A stretch of DNA of 64,000 bases from an uncultured delta proteobacterium (GCA_963771175.1 CAVYSY010000026.1:416001-480000); one strand, 5' to 3'. Counted from the first letter of the stretch, positions 53,458 through 63,678 are shown. Made by a program: numbers and translations. The notes: generated from the letters alone by a model not told the origin.

Positions 53458-54054
53458 ATGGCACGCAGCTTCAGCATGAGGGGCGTGATGGGCGCGGCCG
53501 ATCGGGCCGTGCAGTACGCCCGCAACTGGCTCCTGGCCACCGAGCCCGGCTCCCGCGTCCATGACGTGCAGGACGACCCGCGCTTCCAGCACCGCGGGGT
53601 GGACCTGCTGTGGGAGCTGCCCTCGGGAGAGGTGCGCGGCATCGAGGTGAAGGGCGATCGGCAGCCGCGCCGCCGACGCTACTTCTTCGAGCTGGTGTCG
53701 AACCTGGAGCGAGACACCCCGGGCTGCTTCCTCTACAGCGGCGCGGACCTGATGGTGTACGTGTTCCTGGCGCAGGGGGAGCTGCACGTGCTGCCGCTGA
53801 AGGCGGTGCGCGAGTGGTTCCTCCCGAGGGCGAAGTCCTACGAGCTGCGGCACGCGTTCACGCAGACGGGGGCCATCCGCTACACGACGGTGGGCGCGAT
53901 CGTGCCGGTGAAGGACGTGCAGGAGGGAGTGCCCGAGGTGAAGTTCATCCCCCTGCCCCGCCGAGGCCAACCCCCGACCGGGGAGGCCCAGGCCGCCGGG
54001 GAATCCCCTCCGGAGACGGCCCAGCCCCCACCCGAGGACGACGTCCCCTACTGA
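53458..54054 (+). CDS. Putative PD-(D/E)XK-superfamily nuclease-fold protein
   Basis: DVQDDPRFQHRGVDLLW...GIEVKGD...FFELVSN...GCFLYSGAD. Confidence 0.65.
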   Translation: MARSFSMRGVMGAADRAVQYARNWLLATEPGSRVHDVQDDPRFQHRGVDLLWELPSGEVRGIEVKGDRQPRRRRYFFELVSNLERDTPGCFLYSGADLMVYVFLAQGELHVLPLKAVREWFLPRAKSYELRHAFTQTGAIRYTTVGAIVPVKDVQEGVPEVKFIPLPRRGQPPTGEAQAAGESPPETAQPPPEDDVPY

Positions 54055-54062
54055 GCCCCGGA

Positions 54063-54089
54063 CCCCTCCCCCTGAATGAGGGAGAGGGG
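54063..54089. repeat. Imperfect hairpin between convergent genes (REP/terminator-like)
   Basis: CCCCTCCCCCT ... AGGGAGAGGGG. Confidence 0.45.
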
Positions 54090-54102
54090 ACACGCCGGGT
54101 TC

Positions 54103-55020
54103 TCAGTGCTGGTGCTGGTGGCGCCGGTGGCCCGGGTGGGCCTCGTCGTGCGCCTTCTCGACACGGGCGCGGTCCTGGGCGAGGGCCGCGAGCGAGGTGC
54201 GGTCACCGAGCTGCTTGTAGGAGTGCTCCAGGCGGGCCACCAGGTCCAGCGCGAGGTGCCAGTCCTGGGTGCGCTCGGCCTCCTCCAGCAGGGGGCGGCC
54301 CAAGGCGACGACCTTGTCGTTGGCACCGAGGTGCAGCAGGCCGTCCAGGGCGAGCACGCGCGAGATGGGCGCGCGCGAGCCATCCGTGGCCACCTTCTGC
54401 AGGTCCTCGAGCGCCGCGTCCCGCTGGCCCATGGAGGCGCGGATGATGGGCTTGGAGACGCCCCGGCGATCCGGCAGGAGGAACTCCTCCAGATCGGCGA
54501 AGGCCTCGGCGTCCTCGGTGTGGCCCGCCTTGGCGAGCAGCTCGGCGAGGTCGTCGAACGCGCGGGCGGCGCGCTCGTCGAACACGCGCAGGGCCTCCTG
54601 CATGAAGCCGAGCTCGGGCTCGCCCTTCTCATTGACGGGCACGCGCTTGCGCACCTCGTTGATGCGGGTGAAGGCCGGTCCCACGGGGGCCGCCTGCGAG
54701 CCCTGCAGGAGCTGTCCCAGGGCGCCCATGAGCTGGGCGAGGCTCTCGGAGAGCTCGTACGGGGCGAGCCGATCCGCCAGCCACCGCGTCCACAGCTCCC
54801 CGGCGGCCGCATAGGGGAAGGGGGCGAACTGGCCGGTGCCCTTCCACTGCGGCATCCAGCTCTCGGCGATGCCGGCGGGGTACTTCTTCTCGGCGAGCTG
54901 GCGGAAATCCGCCTCGCTCACCTGGACGCCGTAGTGCCCGAGCGTCCCGATGATGGCCTCCGTCGAGTAGTCCTTCAGCCCCTTGCGCTGCCACGCCTTG
55001 TCCACGCGATCCGTGCTCAC
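54103..55020 (-). CDS. Hypothetical helical protein with His-rich C-terminus
   Basis: GTG start at 55020, high-GC third positions; ends HDEAHPGHRRHQHQH. Confidence 0.75.
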   Translation of the reverse strand: MSTDRVDKAWQRKGLKDYSTEAIIGTLGHYGVQVSEADFRQLAEKKYPAGIAESWMPQWKGTGQFAPFPYAAAGELWTRWLADRLAPYELSESLAQLMGALGQLLQGSQAAPVGPAFTRINEVRKRVPVNEKGEPELGFMQEALRVFDERAARAFDDLAELLAKAGHTEDAEAFADLEEFLLPDRRGVSKPIIRASMGQRDAALEDLQKVATDGSRAPISRVLALDGLLHLGANDKVVALGRPLLEEAERTQDWHLALDLVARLEHSYKQLGDRTSLAALAQDRARVEKAHDEAHPGHRRHQHQH

Positions 55021-55112
55021 CGCTGCCACAAGCCTCCTGGCGCCTGGAAACGGCGCGTGCGGCTTTCTAGCAGACAGGGAGCGGGCGGGGCAGGGGTTGG
55101 CCGCACGGACCG

Positions 55113-56651
55113 TCAGACGGAAGGCGGAGGAGCCACATTCGGGACGGTGGGCCACACGGTGGGGTTGCGCCGCCCATCCACCACCCGGCGGGCCAGGTAG
55201 GGCTGACAGTCGTGCTCCTGGAAAGCGCGCTTGAAGGCGGCGAAGCTGCCCCCGGCCTTCCAGGCATCCATCGTGGCGAGGCCCACCTCGGGGCCGCACT
55301 GGGCCATCATGTACTCCACCCAGGCCCAGCGGGCCGAGGTAGGCCGCACCTCGGCGCGTCCCTTGAGCCCGCGCCGCAGCCGCTCCAGCCGGTTCTCCAC
55401 CTCGCGGATGCCGGCGAAAGGCGCCCCGTCCAGGGGGGTGTTGCGCTTGGCCACGAAGGGCGCGACGCCCAGGGCCACCGGCAGAATCTTCGACAGTTCG
55501 GTGGTGAAGCGCGCCAGCTCGTCGACGTCCGCGTCCTCCTCCAGGGGGAGGCCCACGACGTTGTACACCTTGAGCTGCTTCATCCCCGCCGTCTTGGCGA
55601 AGTTCGCCGCGCGGATGATCTGCTCCTCCGAGTGCTTGCGGTCCACGAGGTCCCGCATGCGCTGGGAGGCCCCATCCGCGGCCACGGTGAGGTTGGTGGC
55701 GCCCCCGCGCCGGAGCTGATCCACCAGCTCCTGGGTGAGCCGATCCGCGCGCAGTGAGGACACGCCCACCTCACGGCCGGAGTCCACGAGGGTGCGCAGC
55801 AGCTCGACGATGCGCGGGTGGTCCGTCACGGCCGCGCCCACGAGCCCCACGCGCTTCGCATAATCGGGGATGAGGGACAGCACCCGCTCGGGGGGCACGG
55901 TGCGCATGCCGCCGTTGGTGGTGCGCCGCATGACGCAGTAGTGGCACCCGCGCGAGCAACCGCGCTCCGGCTCGATGAGGAACATCGAGCGCAGCTCCGT
56001 ATGCGGGGTGATGATGGCCGAGCGCGCTGGCAGCAGCGCATCCGTGGCCTTGGCGACGTGGTAGCGCTGCCCTCCCCTGCCAGCCACCCGGAAGCCGGGG
56101 ATGCTGGCGAGGTGCGAGAGGAGCGCATCCTTCTCCATGGACGCCGCGGCCTCCAGGAGGACGTGGATGAGCTCCTCGGCCTCGCCCTGGACGAGCACGT
56201 CCACGAAGGGCTCGAGCGGATCCGGATTGGAGAAGGTGAGCGGCCCGCCGGCCACCACGAGCGGGTGACGCTCGTTCCGTTCCTCCTTGAGGAGGGGGAT
56301 GCCGGCCAGGTCCAGCATGGAGAAGAGCCCGGTCAGCTCCAGCTCGTAGGCCACCGAGAAGGCCAGCATGTGGAAGCTGGAGACGGGGGCCTGCGACTCG
56401 AAGGAGAAGAGGGCCGTGCGGGTGCGGCGGTACGCCTCCACGTCATCGGGGAGGAAGGCGCGCTCGGCGGTGGCCCCCGGGTGGGAGTGGATCTCCCGGT
56501 ACATGGCCTGGTAGCCGAGTGAGCTCATGCCCACGTGGTAGGGGCTCGGATAGCAGAGGGCCACCCGGTAGGGCGCCTCCTTGCGGAGCGTGCCCTGCTC
56601 GTCCGCCAACAAGGCGGCGACGCGTTCGACGAGTGAGTACCGACCCTCCAT
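55113..56651 (-). CDS. Radical SAM protein with B12-binding-like N-terminus
   Basis: YPSPYHVGMSSLG, FSVAYEL, RGCSRGCHYC (CxxxCxxC), SSLRAD. Confidence 0.9.
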   Translation of the reverse strand: MEGRYSLVERVAALLADEQGTLRKEAPYRVALCYPSPYHVGMSSLGYQAMYREIHSHPGATAERAFLPDDVEAYRRTRTALFSFESQAPVSSFHMLAFSVAYELELTGLFSMLDLAGIPLLKEERNERHPLVVAGGPLTFSNPDPLEPFVDVLVQGEAEELIHVLLEAAASMEKDALLSHLASIPGFRVAGRGGQRYHVAKATDALLPARSAIITPHTELRSMFLIEPERGCSRGCHYCVMRRTTNGGMRTVPPERVLSLIPDYAKRVGLVGAAVTDHPRIVELLRTLVDSGREVGVSSLRADRLTQELVDQLRRGGATNLTVAADGASQRMRDLVDRKHSEEQIIRAANFAKTAGMKQLKVYNVVGLPLEEDADVDELARFTTELSKILPVALGVAPFVAKRNTPLDGAPFAGIREVENRLERLRRGLKGRAEVRPTSARWAWVEYMMAQCGPEVGLATMDAWKAGGSFAAFKRAFQEHDCQPYLARRVVDGRRNPTVWPTVPNVAPPPSV

Positions 56652-56789
56652 GCACCATCCCGGGTAAACCTGAGAACAGAGACCAACCGTCCATAAACAC
56701 CGCGGCCCCGAGCCGCCACTCCCACGTGGGGGAGCGACAACCGGGGCCGCGATTCACTTCAGGCGCGGACCAGCCGCGCCGCCAGGAGC

Positions 56790-57599
56790 CTACTTGTTCT
56801 TGAAGGAGGCCGGGCGCTTGGCAGGCACGCAGGCCTCGAGGTCCGCATCGCACACCGCGTCGAAGTCCGGGTTGAGGCCCGAGCCCTCGCCGCAGTTCTC
56901 CGCCGGCTTGTCGGAACCGGGGACGCAGGCCACGGACGGCCACATCGCCCACACCTCGTACTCCGCGGTGCAGTCGCCCTCGGTGTACGTCAGCGAGCCA
57001 CGCAGCTGGGTGCCCGGAGCCGACGGGTGCGAGTACACCTCGATGTCGCCGTACTGGTACGTGCGCGACGCCGCAGGGAACTCCACCTTGTTAGCGTCCT
57101 TCTCGTTGACGATCGCCTCGACCGTGATCGAGGCCTGGGCGAAGCCGCTGGCCTTGCAGTAGCCCTCGTCATCCGGCTCACTGGACAGGGTCGCGGACTG
57201 GGCAGTGGCGTTGCTCCACTCCGACTGGGGCACCGTCGACGTGACGGTCTTCTTCACCGGCTCCCCCTTCGCGTCCAGATCACCCGTCTCGTAGGTGTAG
57301 GATCGACGGGTCAGCTGCGCCAGGTGACGCGGACGAATCGCCAGGAAGGCGCCCTTGTTCTCCGCGACCATGGCCTCGGTGGCGTCGGGGTTCGAGTACT
57401 TCCAGACCCCGAGCTCCTCGCCCTTGAACTGGCCGCAAGCCTTGGCCGCGTCAGCCTCCGTCTTCGGGACGTACTTCGCCTGCCACAGCCCGAAGGACGA
57501 GTCCTGCACGATGCAGCCCGCGGACGGCTGCTCGAGGCAACCGGACATGATGCTGGCCGCACCGAATGCGGCCACTGCAGTTGCAATACGCTTGATCAT
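56790..57599 (-). CDS. mlpA: MlpA-like lipoprotein
   Basis: Lipobox MSGC, EQP..CIVQ.S...W..KY; directly downstream of oar, as in Myxococcus xanthus. Confidence 0.75.
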   Translation of the reverse strand: MIKRIATAVAAFGAASIMSGCLEQPSAGCIVQDSSFGLWQAKYVPKTEADAAKACGQFKGEELGVWKYSNPDATEAMVAENKGAFLAIRPRHLAQLTRRSYTYETGDLDAKGEPVKKTVTSTVPQSEWSNATAQSATLSSEPDDEGYCKASGFAQASITVEAIVNEKDANKVEFPAASRTYQYGDIEVYSHPSAPGTQLRGSLTYTEGDCTAEYEVWAMWPSVACVPGSDKPAENCGEGSGLNPDFDAVCDADLEACVPAKRPASFKNK

Positions 57600-57628
57600 G
57601 GTTCTCTGATCCAATCCGGCAGGGGGTC

Positions 57629-60600
57629 CTAGAAGGTGTACTTGAGGCCGACGCGGATCTGCCGCGGAGCCTGGTACGCCGTCGCCTTCTTGAAGTTCGG
57701 GTTGAGATCGTCAGCCGTGAGCTTCTCACCCGTGTCCACGTTGTCGACCATCTCCGGCTTGAGGTCGCCCGCCTTCACCCCGCCCTCGACCGGCAGCACG
57801 CTGGCGAAGGTGTAGTTCTGGTCGACGCTCGTGATGCCCTGGAAGTTGAAGACGTTGAACACGTCCAGGGTCAGAGACACCACGTTCGTCTTACCCACGC
57901 GGTAGTTCACACCGACGTTGGAGTCGATGTTGTTCACCCACGGGGTACGACCACCGGAACCACGCTGGATGACGAACGCCTCGCTCGGGCCGTATATCGG
58001 GTGACCGCCGATGTAGCTGATGGGCGAACCGGAGTTGCCGCGGTAGGACACGCCGATGCTCGCGCTCAGGTCCTTGGAGAGGTTGAACTCCTTGGCGCCG
58101 AACAGCTTGACCGAGTGGGTCCGGTCGTACGGCAGGAGGCCCTCGCGGTTCTTCAGCAGCGACACCAGGTCGAAGTCCGACAGGATGTTCGGATCCAGCT
58201 GGGAGTTCTCCGGACGGAACAGACCCGGGTAGTTTCCGAACAGCTGCGACCAGGTGTAGCTCGCCTGCGCCAGCCAGCCATCGCCGAAGGTGCGGTTGAG
58301 GAACACCGACACCGCGTCGTAGTTACGCGTCGGGGTCGGGAACTCCTTGGCGAAGCCCATACCCGGGTTGCCGAGGAAGTACGTGTTGCCGTCGTCGCGG
58401 CTCATGTCCTCGATGACCGCGCCCATGCTGCGGTGGGTGTAGGTCGCACCCATGCGCAGGTTGGCCATCAGCTCGTACTCGGCGCCGACGAGGTACTCGT
58501 CGGAGGACTGCGGCTGGATGTCGGGATCCACCGGCTCCTTGTCCGCCGAACCACCGGAGTAGAGGCGGCTCGGGTTCAGGCTGGTGGGCGAGCTGGCGAC
58601 GACCGTCTTCGCGTCATCCTTGCACGCGGCCTGGCCCTCCATGGTGCCCATGGTGGCCGGGTCGCACAGGCCCACGCCCGCGCGGCGGGTGGCGTTGTAG
58701 CGGCGCTCGCCCGGGAAGGCGCGGTCCAGCATGTTGAGCGGAACCTGCTCGTAGTAGCGAGCGAAGTTCGCGTACACCTTCATGCGGCCGTTGCGCAGCG
58801 GGTCCACGATCAGGCCCACGCGGGGCGAGACCTGGTTGGCCATCACGAGCGCCAGGTTGCCGTCACCGCCGTACATCCACTGGGTGTCGTAGCGCACGCC
58901 CGCGTTCACCGTCACCATGCCCGCGATCGTCCAGCTGTCCTGGAGGAAGCCGCCGGCGGTGGTGCTGGTGGAGAGGGAGCGCTGGGTGAGCTGGTTGACC
59001 ACCTGATCGATGGCCGGCTGGTAGCCGAAGCGACGGAAGTCGGCCCAGGACGCGCCCGAGAGCGCCTCACGCAGGTACACGCCACCCGAGTAAGCCTTGA
59101 GCTGGTCGTAGCTCAGCAGCTCCACGTCCACGCCCGCCTTGAGCACGTGGCTGCCCAACAGGTCGAGCAGGTACGTGCCCTTGGCGTTCATCTGGAGGCG
59201 ATCCAGCTTGCCCTCCGAGATGAAGCCGGGGCCTCCCGCGAAGTAGTTCGTCGCCGGGCAGGTGAGCGTCCCGTCAGGGAGCTCGCGGCAGAGCGACGCG
59301 GCGCTCTCCGCCAGGTTCTGCTCGTAGTACTCGATCGACCGCTGAGCGCGGTACTGGACGAGCGACAGGCCGGCCAGACCGGTGGTGTCACCGGGGCGGG
59401 TGCCGTCATCCGGCAGGGTGGAGGAGGTCTGGTGGAACCAACCCACGTTCGCGTCCACCAGGAACTTCTTGTCGCTGAAGGCGCCGCCGTAATTCAGGCC
59501 CACCGCGGTGGTGCCCGCGAGCTCCTGAGTGTTGCCGTAGCTATCAGGGTGACCGTTGAGGCGGGTCGGGACGCCACCCGTCTGCGGGTCGATGGACAGC
59601 GCGCCATTGCCGCCCGACACGCTCGGCGTGCCCGTGACGGAGAGGGAGACCTTGTGGTCCGAGTTGATGAGGTACGTCAGCTTGCCCATGTACTGCAGGC
59701 TGCGCGCCTCGGCCAGGTAGTCACGCCCGGACCCGGGGATCTCCTGGGTCTCGGTGTAGCCGGTCTCCTTGTTGACCTTCAGGATCTCGTCGCCATCCGC
59801 GTTGGTCTCGGTCAGGAAGGCGTTGACCGAGCGGCGGTGGTTGTAGCGGCTGAAGGACGGAGCCACGCCGGCGAAGAACCACAGCTTGTCCTTGAGGATC
59901 GGACCGCCGAGGGTGGCGCCGAAGTCGCCCATCGCGCTGAGCGAGTTGAGGCCGGTGACGACCGAGCTCGCGTTCAGCACCTTCGTGCGATCACCCTCGA
60001 GGAAGCCCGGGGTGACGTTGCCGAAGACGGTGCCGTGGAACTCGTTGGAGCCGGACTTCGTCACCGCGTTGAGCACGCCGCCGGTGGAGCGGCCGTACTC
60101 CGGCATGTAGCCGCCGGTGATGATGTTGACGTCCTGCACGAACTCGACGCTCAGCGGGCTGGCGTTGATGCCGAAGGCCGGGTCGTTCGTGGACAGACCG
60201 TCGACCACGTACCCGTTCTCAGGAGACGTGGTGCCGTTGATGGACACGCCGTACGCGTCGTTCTGCGCGCCCGGGGCCAGCTCGGCGAGGCTGTCGAAGG
60301 AGCGCGCCGCGCCGCCCTTGCCGCCCGGACGGTTCACCGCGATGCGCTTGATGAAGTCCTGGTCGACGTTGACGCCCGTGTTCGTCGAGCCGACGTCCAC
60401 GGTCGGCGGCTTCATCACCACGATCATCTCTTCGGTGAAGCTCTCGGGCAGCAGCTCCACGTTCACGCGGATGGTGCGGTCCAGGCGCAGCTGGATCTCC
60501 GAACGCGAGAACGGCTTGAACGACTCCTTGTCGAACCGCAGGGTGTAGACACCGGGCGGCAACTGGGGAATGCGGTACTGGCCCTGGGCATCCGTCACCA

Positions 60601-60781
60601 CGATCTGCTCGCCCTGAAGATTGGGCGAGGTTGCCGTGACGACCACATCCTGAACCGGCTTCTTCGACTCCGCGCTGACGACCTGGCCGACGATAACGCT
60701 GTCGGCATACGCCGCCGTCCCGTAGGACAGAGACGCGACCACGACCACTCCAGTTGCCCGGAGCATTCGTCTTACTTGCAT
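57629..60781 (-). CDS. oar: Oar-type TonB-dependent outer-membrane transporter
   Basis: VVVTATSPNLQGEQ.VVTDAQG.YRIPQLPPG, GGYMPEYGRSTGG, TKSGSNEFHG; C-terminal LKYTF. Confidence 0.92.
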   Translation of the reverse strand: MQVRRMLRATGVVVVASLSYGTAAYADSVIVGQVVSAESKKPVQDVVVTATSPNLQGEQIVVTDAQGQYRIPQLPPGVYTLRFDKESFKPFSRSEIQLRLDRTIRVNVELLPESFTEEMIVVMKPPTVDVGSTNTGVNVDQDFIKRIAVNRPGGKGGAARSFDSLAELAPGAQNDAYGVSINGTTSPENGYVVDGLSTNDPAFGINASPLSVEFVQDVNIITGGYMPEYGRSTGGVLNAVTKSGSNEFHGTVFGNVTPGFLEGDRTKVLNASSVVTGLNSLSAMGDFGATLGGPILKDKLWFFAGVAPSFSRYNHRRSVNAFLTETNADGDEILKVNKETGYTETQEIPGSGRDYLAEARSLQYMGKLTYLINSDHKVSLSVTGTPSVSGGNGALSIDPQTGGVPTRLNGHPDSYGNTQELAGTTAVGLNYGGAFSDKKFLVDANVGWFHQTSSTLPDDGTRPGDTTGLAGLSLVQYRAQRSIEYYEQNLAESAASLCRELPDGTLTCPATNYFAGGPGFISEGKLDRLQMNAKGTYLLDLLGSHVLKAGVDVELLSYDQLKAYSGGVYLREALSGASWADFRRFGYQPAIDQVVNQLTQRSLSTSTTAGGFLQDSWTIAGMVTVNAGVRYDTQWMYGGDGNLALVMANQVSPRVGLIVDPLRNGRMKVYANFARYYEQVPLNMLDRAFPGERRYNATRRAGVGLCDPATMGTMEGQAACKDDAKTVVASSPTSLNPSRLYSGGSADKEPVDPDIQPQSSDEYLVGAEYELMANLRMGATYTHRSMGAVIEDMSRDDGNTYFLGNPGMGFAKEFPTPTRNYDAVSVFLNRTFGDGWLAQASYTWSQLFGNYPGLFRPENSQLDPNILSDFDLVSLLKNREGLLPYDRTHSVKLFGAKEFNLSKDLSASIGVSYRGNSGSPISYIGGHPIYGPSEAFVIQRGSGGRTPWVNNIDSNVGVNYRVGKTNVVSLTLDVFNVFNFQGITSVDQNYTFASVLPVEGGVKAGDLKPEMVDNVDTGEKLTADDLNPNFKKATAYQAPRQIRVGLKYTF

Positions 60782-61024
60782 GCTGGGAACCCCTCCAAGG
60801 TGGGCTTGCACTGCAACTAAAATGGTCCGGGAAAATAGCTGAGGTCCATCAGTTGTCAATATGCCGTTGCTTTTTGGCAACTACTGGGGCATTGCGCGAT
60901 CAGCCAAGTGGCCTTCCAGGGTGGGGTCACTTGCACCCGTCCCCGGTTTTTGTAATGTAACGCGCCTTTTGCGATCCGGACGGGACGTGGTGGGTGTCCA
61001 CCGGAGTATGAGGAGCGTTGCGCA

Positions 61025-61786
61025 ATGTTCGACTCTGTCCTTGACCGCGGGCAAGGCCCCAAGACTCGCGTCGGCCTGGGCGCCATCATCTCGGTTGTCC
61101 TGCATGTGGGGCTGTTGGCCCTCTTGATCTGGTACCCCACCCGTTCTCAGAAGGAGAAGGAGACGGAGGTGGAGGTGACCTTCAAGCAGGCCATGGCGCC
61201 GCCGATGGCCGCTGCGCCTCCGCCGCCTCCGCCGCCTCCTCCGGCGAAGAAGAAGTCCAATCCCACCAAGAAGCCGGTGGTGAAGAAGCCGGACGTGATC
61301 GTCCAGCCCAAGGAAATCCCCCAGGAGAAGCCGCCCGAGGTGGAGCCTGATCCGAACGCCGCCGAGGAGGAGGAGGCGAGTGAGGAAGAGGTGGAGGGTG
61401 GTGTCGAGGGTGGCGTCGAGGGCGGTGTGATCGGCGGCGTAGTGGGTGGCGTGGTCGGAGGTGTACTCGGCGGACAGGTGGGTGGCACGGGCACGGACGT
61501 GCTCCCCTTCGGCGCGGGAATGACGCGTCCGGAGAAGCTGTCGGGTCCGCAGCCTCAGTACAGCCGCGAGGCCATGGAAGCCAAAGTGCAGGGTCTGATG
61601 ATCGTCAAGTGCGTCATCACCACCGAGGGCAAGGTCGAGCGCTGCCGCATCATCAAGCCCCTGCCCTTCATGGATCAGGCCGTGCTGGAGTCCCTGTACG
61701 CCCAGCGCTACCAGCCCGTGACGTTCCAGGGTCGGCCCGTGCAGGTCGACTACACCTTCAACATCCGTCTGAGCCTGCCCCGCTAG
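61025..61786 (+). CDS. tonB: Energy transducer TonB
   Basis: TM segment with S-x3-H, poly-Pro, GGVxGG repeats, C-terminal TonB domain (P.YSREA...RYQP..FQGRPV). Confidence 0.93.
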   Translation: MFDSVLDRGQGPKTRVGLGAIISVVLHVGLLALLIWYPTRSQKEKETEVEVTFKQAMAPPMAAAPPPPPPPPPAKKKSNPTKKPVVKKPDVIVQPKEIPQEKPPEVEPDPNAAEEEEASEEEVEGGVEGGVEGGVIGGVVGGVVGGVLGGQVGGTGTDVLPFGAGMTRPEKLSGPQPQYSREAMEAKVQGLMIVKCVITTEGKVERCRIIKPLPFMDQAVLESLYAQRYQPVTFQGRPVQVDYTFNIRLSLPR

Positions 61787-61882
61787 TCCCCAGCCTGCCT
61801 CGCCAGGCTCAGGAGACGGGCTCCGAAGTTTGTCGTACCGTCGTACCCCAACCGCGCTCGAGGAGGAGCGCTTCCCCCGACC

Positions 61883-62578
61883 ATGGAATCCACTGACTTT
61901 TCGCTTGCTGGCATCTGGCACCACACGGGTCCGTTCGCTCGTTCCATCATCTTCGCTCTCGCGATCATGTCCATCGCATCCCTGGTGGTGATGGTGGAGC
62001 GCATCCTCGTCTTCCGGAAGACGCGCAAGGACTCCCGCAACTTCGCCGCCAAGATGGGGGCCATCCTGGCCAAGGGTGACCTGCCGCAGGCCGCCAACAC
62101 CAACATGGGCAAGGAGATCGGTCACCTGGGCCGCGTCATCGGCTCGGGCCTGACCGCCTACCGCATCAGCCCGTCGGACAAGGACGTGGCGGTGGAGTCG
62201 GTGGCGCGCGCGCTGGAGCGTCAGGCGCAGCGTGAGGTGCAGAGCCTCAAGCGCGGCCTGGGCATCCTGGCCACGGTGGGCTCCACGGCCCCCTTCGTGG
62301 GTCTGCTGGGCACCACGATGGGTATCGTGAACGCCTTCCAGCTCATGGCGGCCGCGGGCGCGGGCGGTCTGGGCACCATCTCGGCCGGTATCGCCGAGGC
62401 GCTCATCACCACCGCCTTCGGTCTGCTCGTGGCCATCCCGGCGGTTATGGCCTACAACTTCCTGTCGGGCTGGGTGGACGCTCGCTCGGTGGACATCTCC
62501 GAGTCCTCCAACGAGTTCCTGGACGTCGTCGCGCGCAACCTGGGCGGCGGCGCGCACGCCTCCTCGCAGCAGGGCTAA
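61883..62578 (+). CDS. exbB: ExbB/TolQ proton channel
   Basis: LATVGSTAPFVGLLGT, GIAEALITTAFGL.VAIPA. Confidence 0.93.
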   Translation: MESTDFSLAGIWHHTGPFARSIIFALAIMSIASLVVMVERILVFRKTRKDSRNFAAKMGAILAKGDLPQAANTNMGKEIGHLGRVIGSGLTAYRISPSDKDVAVESVARALERQAQREVQSLKRGLGILATVGSTAPFVGLLGTTMGIVNAFQLMAAAGAGGLGTISAGIAEALITTAFGLLVAIPAVMAYNFLSGWVDARSVDISESSNEFLDVVARNLGGGAHASSQQG

Positions 62579-62680
62579 TCACCCGAGAGCACCCGGGCCC
62601 GCCTCGGCGTGTGTCGGGTCCCCTGAGAAAGGGGACCGCACGTCGGGCGGGCGCTCTCTTCTCCAGGAACAGGTGCGCGC

Positions 62681-63106
62681 ATGGGAATGGCAGTAGGTGG
62701 TCCCCAAGGGGGCCCGAAGAGCGACATCAACGTCACGCCGCTGGTGGACGTGGTGCTCGTTCTCCTCATCATCTTCATGGTCATCACGCCCATGCTCCAG
62801 CGTGGGAAGTCCGTCACCCTGCCCAAGGCCAACAAGGTGGAGGAGGAGAACGAAGGGACGACCGATCCGGACCCGGTCATCCTCTCCGTCACCTCGGACA
62901 AGAAGATGTTCGTCGAGCAGGATGAGTTCGACTCGGCGGGCCTGGAGGTCAAGCTGCGCGAGACTCTGGCCTACCTGCCCAACAAGAAGATCCTCCTCAA
63001 GGGCGACAGCGCGCTCACCGTGGGTGACGTGCGCCAGGTGATGGAGATCACCCGCAAGGCGAAAGCCAAGAAGATCTTCCTCGGTGTCGAGGAGCAGAAG
63101 AACTAG
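62681..63106 (+). CDS. exbD: ExbD/TolR (copy 1)
   Basis: DINVTPLVDVVLVLLIIFMV. Confidence 0.93.
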   Translation: MGMAVGGPQGGPKSDINVTPLVDVVLVLLIIFMVITPMLQRGKSVTLPKANKVEEENEGTTDPDPVILSVTSDKKMFVEQDEFDSAGLEVKLRETLAYLPNKKILLKGDSALTVGDVRQVMEITRKAKAKKIFLGVEEQKN

Positions 63107-63108
63107 CC

Positions 63109-63627
63109 ATGGCCGGAACTCGTAAGTTCGTCAAACCCTCGACCCCGCCCAACTCGGACATCAACGTCACTCCGTTGGTGGACGTGGTGCTGGTGCTCCT
63201 CATCATCTTCATGGTCGTCACGCCGCTCCTCGAGAAGGACATCGAGGTGCGCATCCCGGAGACCGAGGACGTCCCCGTGGAGCAGATGCCCCAGGACAAC
63301 AGCCAGCTGATCGTCAAGCTGGACGCCGACGGCACCTTCTCCATCAACACGGACCCCGTCTCTCCGGACGAGTACGTCAACAAGCTGCGCCGCATGCTGG
63401 CCGCCAAGACGAAGGAGGACCGCATCGTCTTCTTCGTGGCGGACGACAAGGCCAACTACGGCAAGCTCGTGGCCGCCTTCGACGGCGCCAAGCAGGCCGG
63501 GGCCTTCGTGCTGGGCATGGCCACCGAGGACATCCCGGTGGCTCCGGCTCCGGCTCCGGGTGGCGATCCGGGAGCTGCTCCGGCTGGCGATCCGGGAGCC
63601 GCTCCGGCTCCCGCGCCCGCCCCGTAA
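63109..63627 (+). CDS. exbD: ExbD/TolR (copy 2) with Pro/Ala tail
   Basis: DINVTPLVDVVLVLLIIFMV; ADDKANYG. Confidence 0.93.
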   Translation: MAGTRKFVKPSTPPNSDINVTPLVDVVLVLLIIFMVVTPLLEKDIEVRIPETEDVPVEQMPQDNSQLIVKLDADGTFSINTDPVSPDEYVNKLRRMLAAKTKEDRIVFFVADDKANYGKLVAAFDGAKQAGAFVLGMATEDIPVAPAPAPGGDPGAAPAGDPGAAPAPAPAP

Positions 63628-63678
63628 TCGTGGCGTGGTTCACATTCGGGGGCTCGTCGGCTAGAGTGTAATTTTCCT

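Noticed and set aside
60782..61024. Sigma-54 promoter in the oar-tonB intergenic region
   Set aside because: TGGCA and TTGC elements are present but not at the required GG-N10-GC spacing.
61190..61490. Tandem DNA repeats in tonB (and the exbD copy-2 tail at 63540-63625)
   Set aside because: Explained by poly-Pro, GGVxGG and Pro/Ala linker coding.
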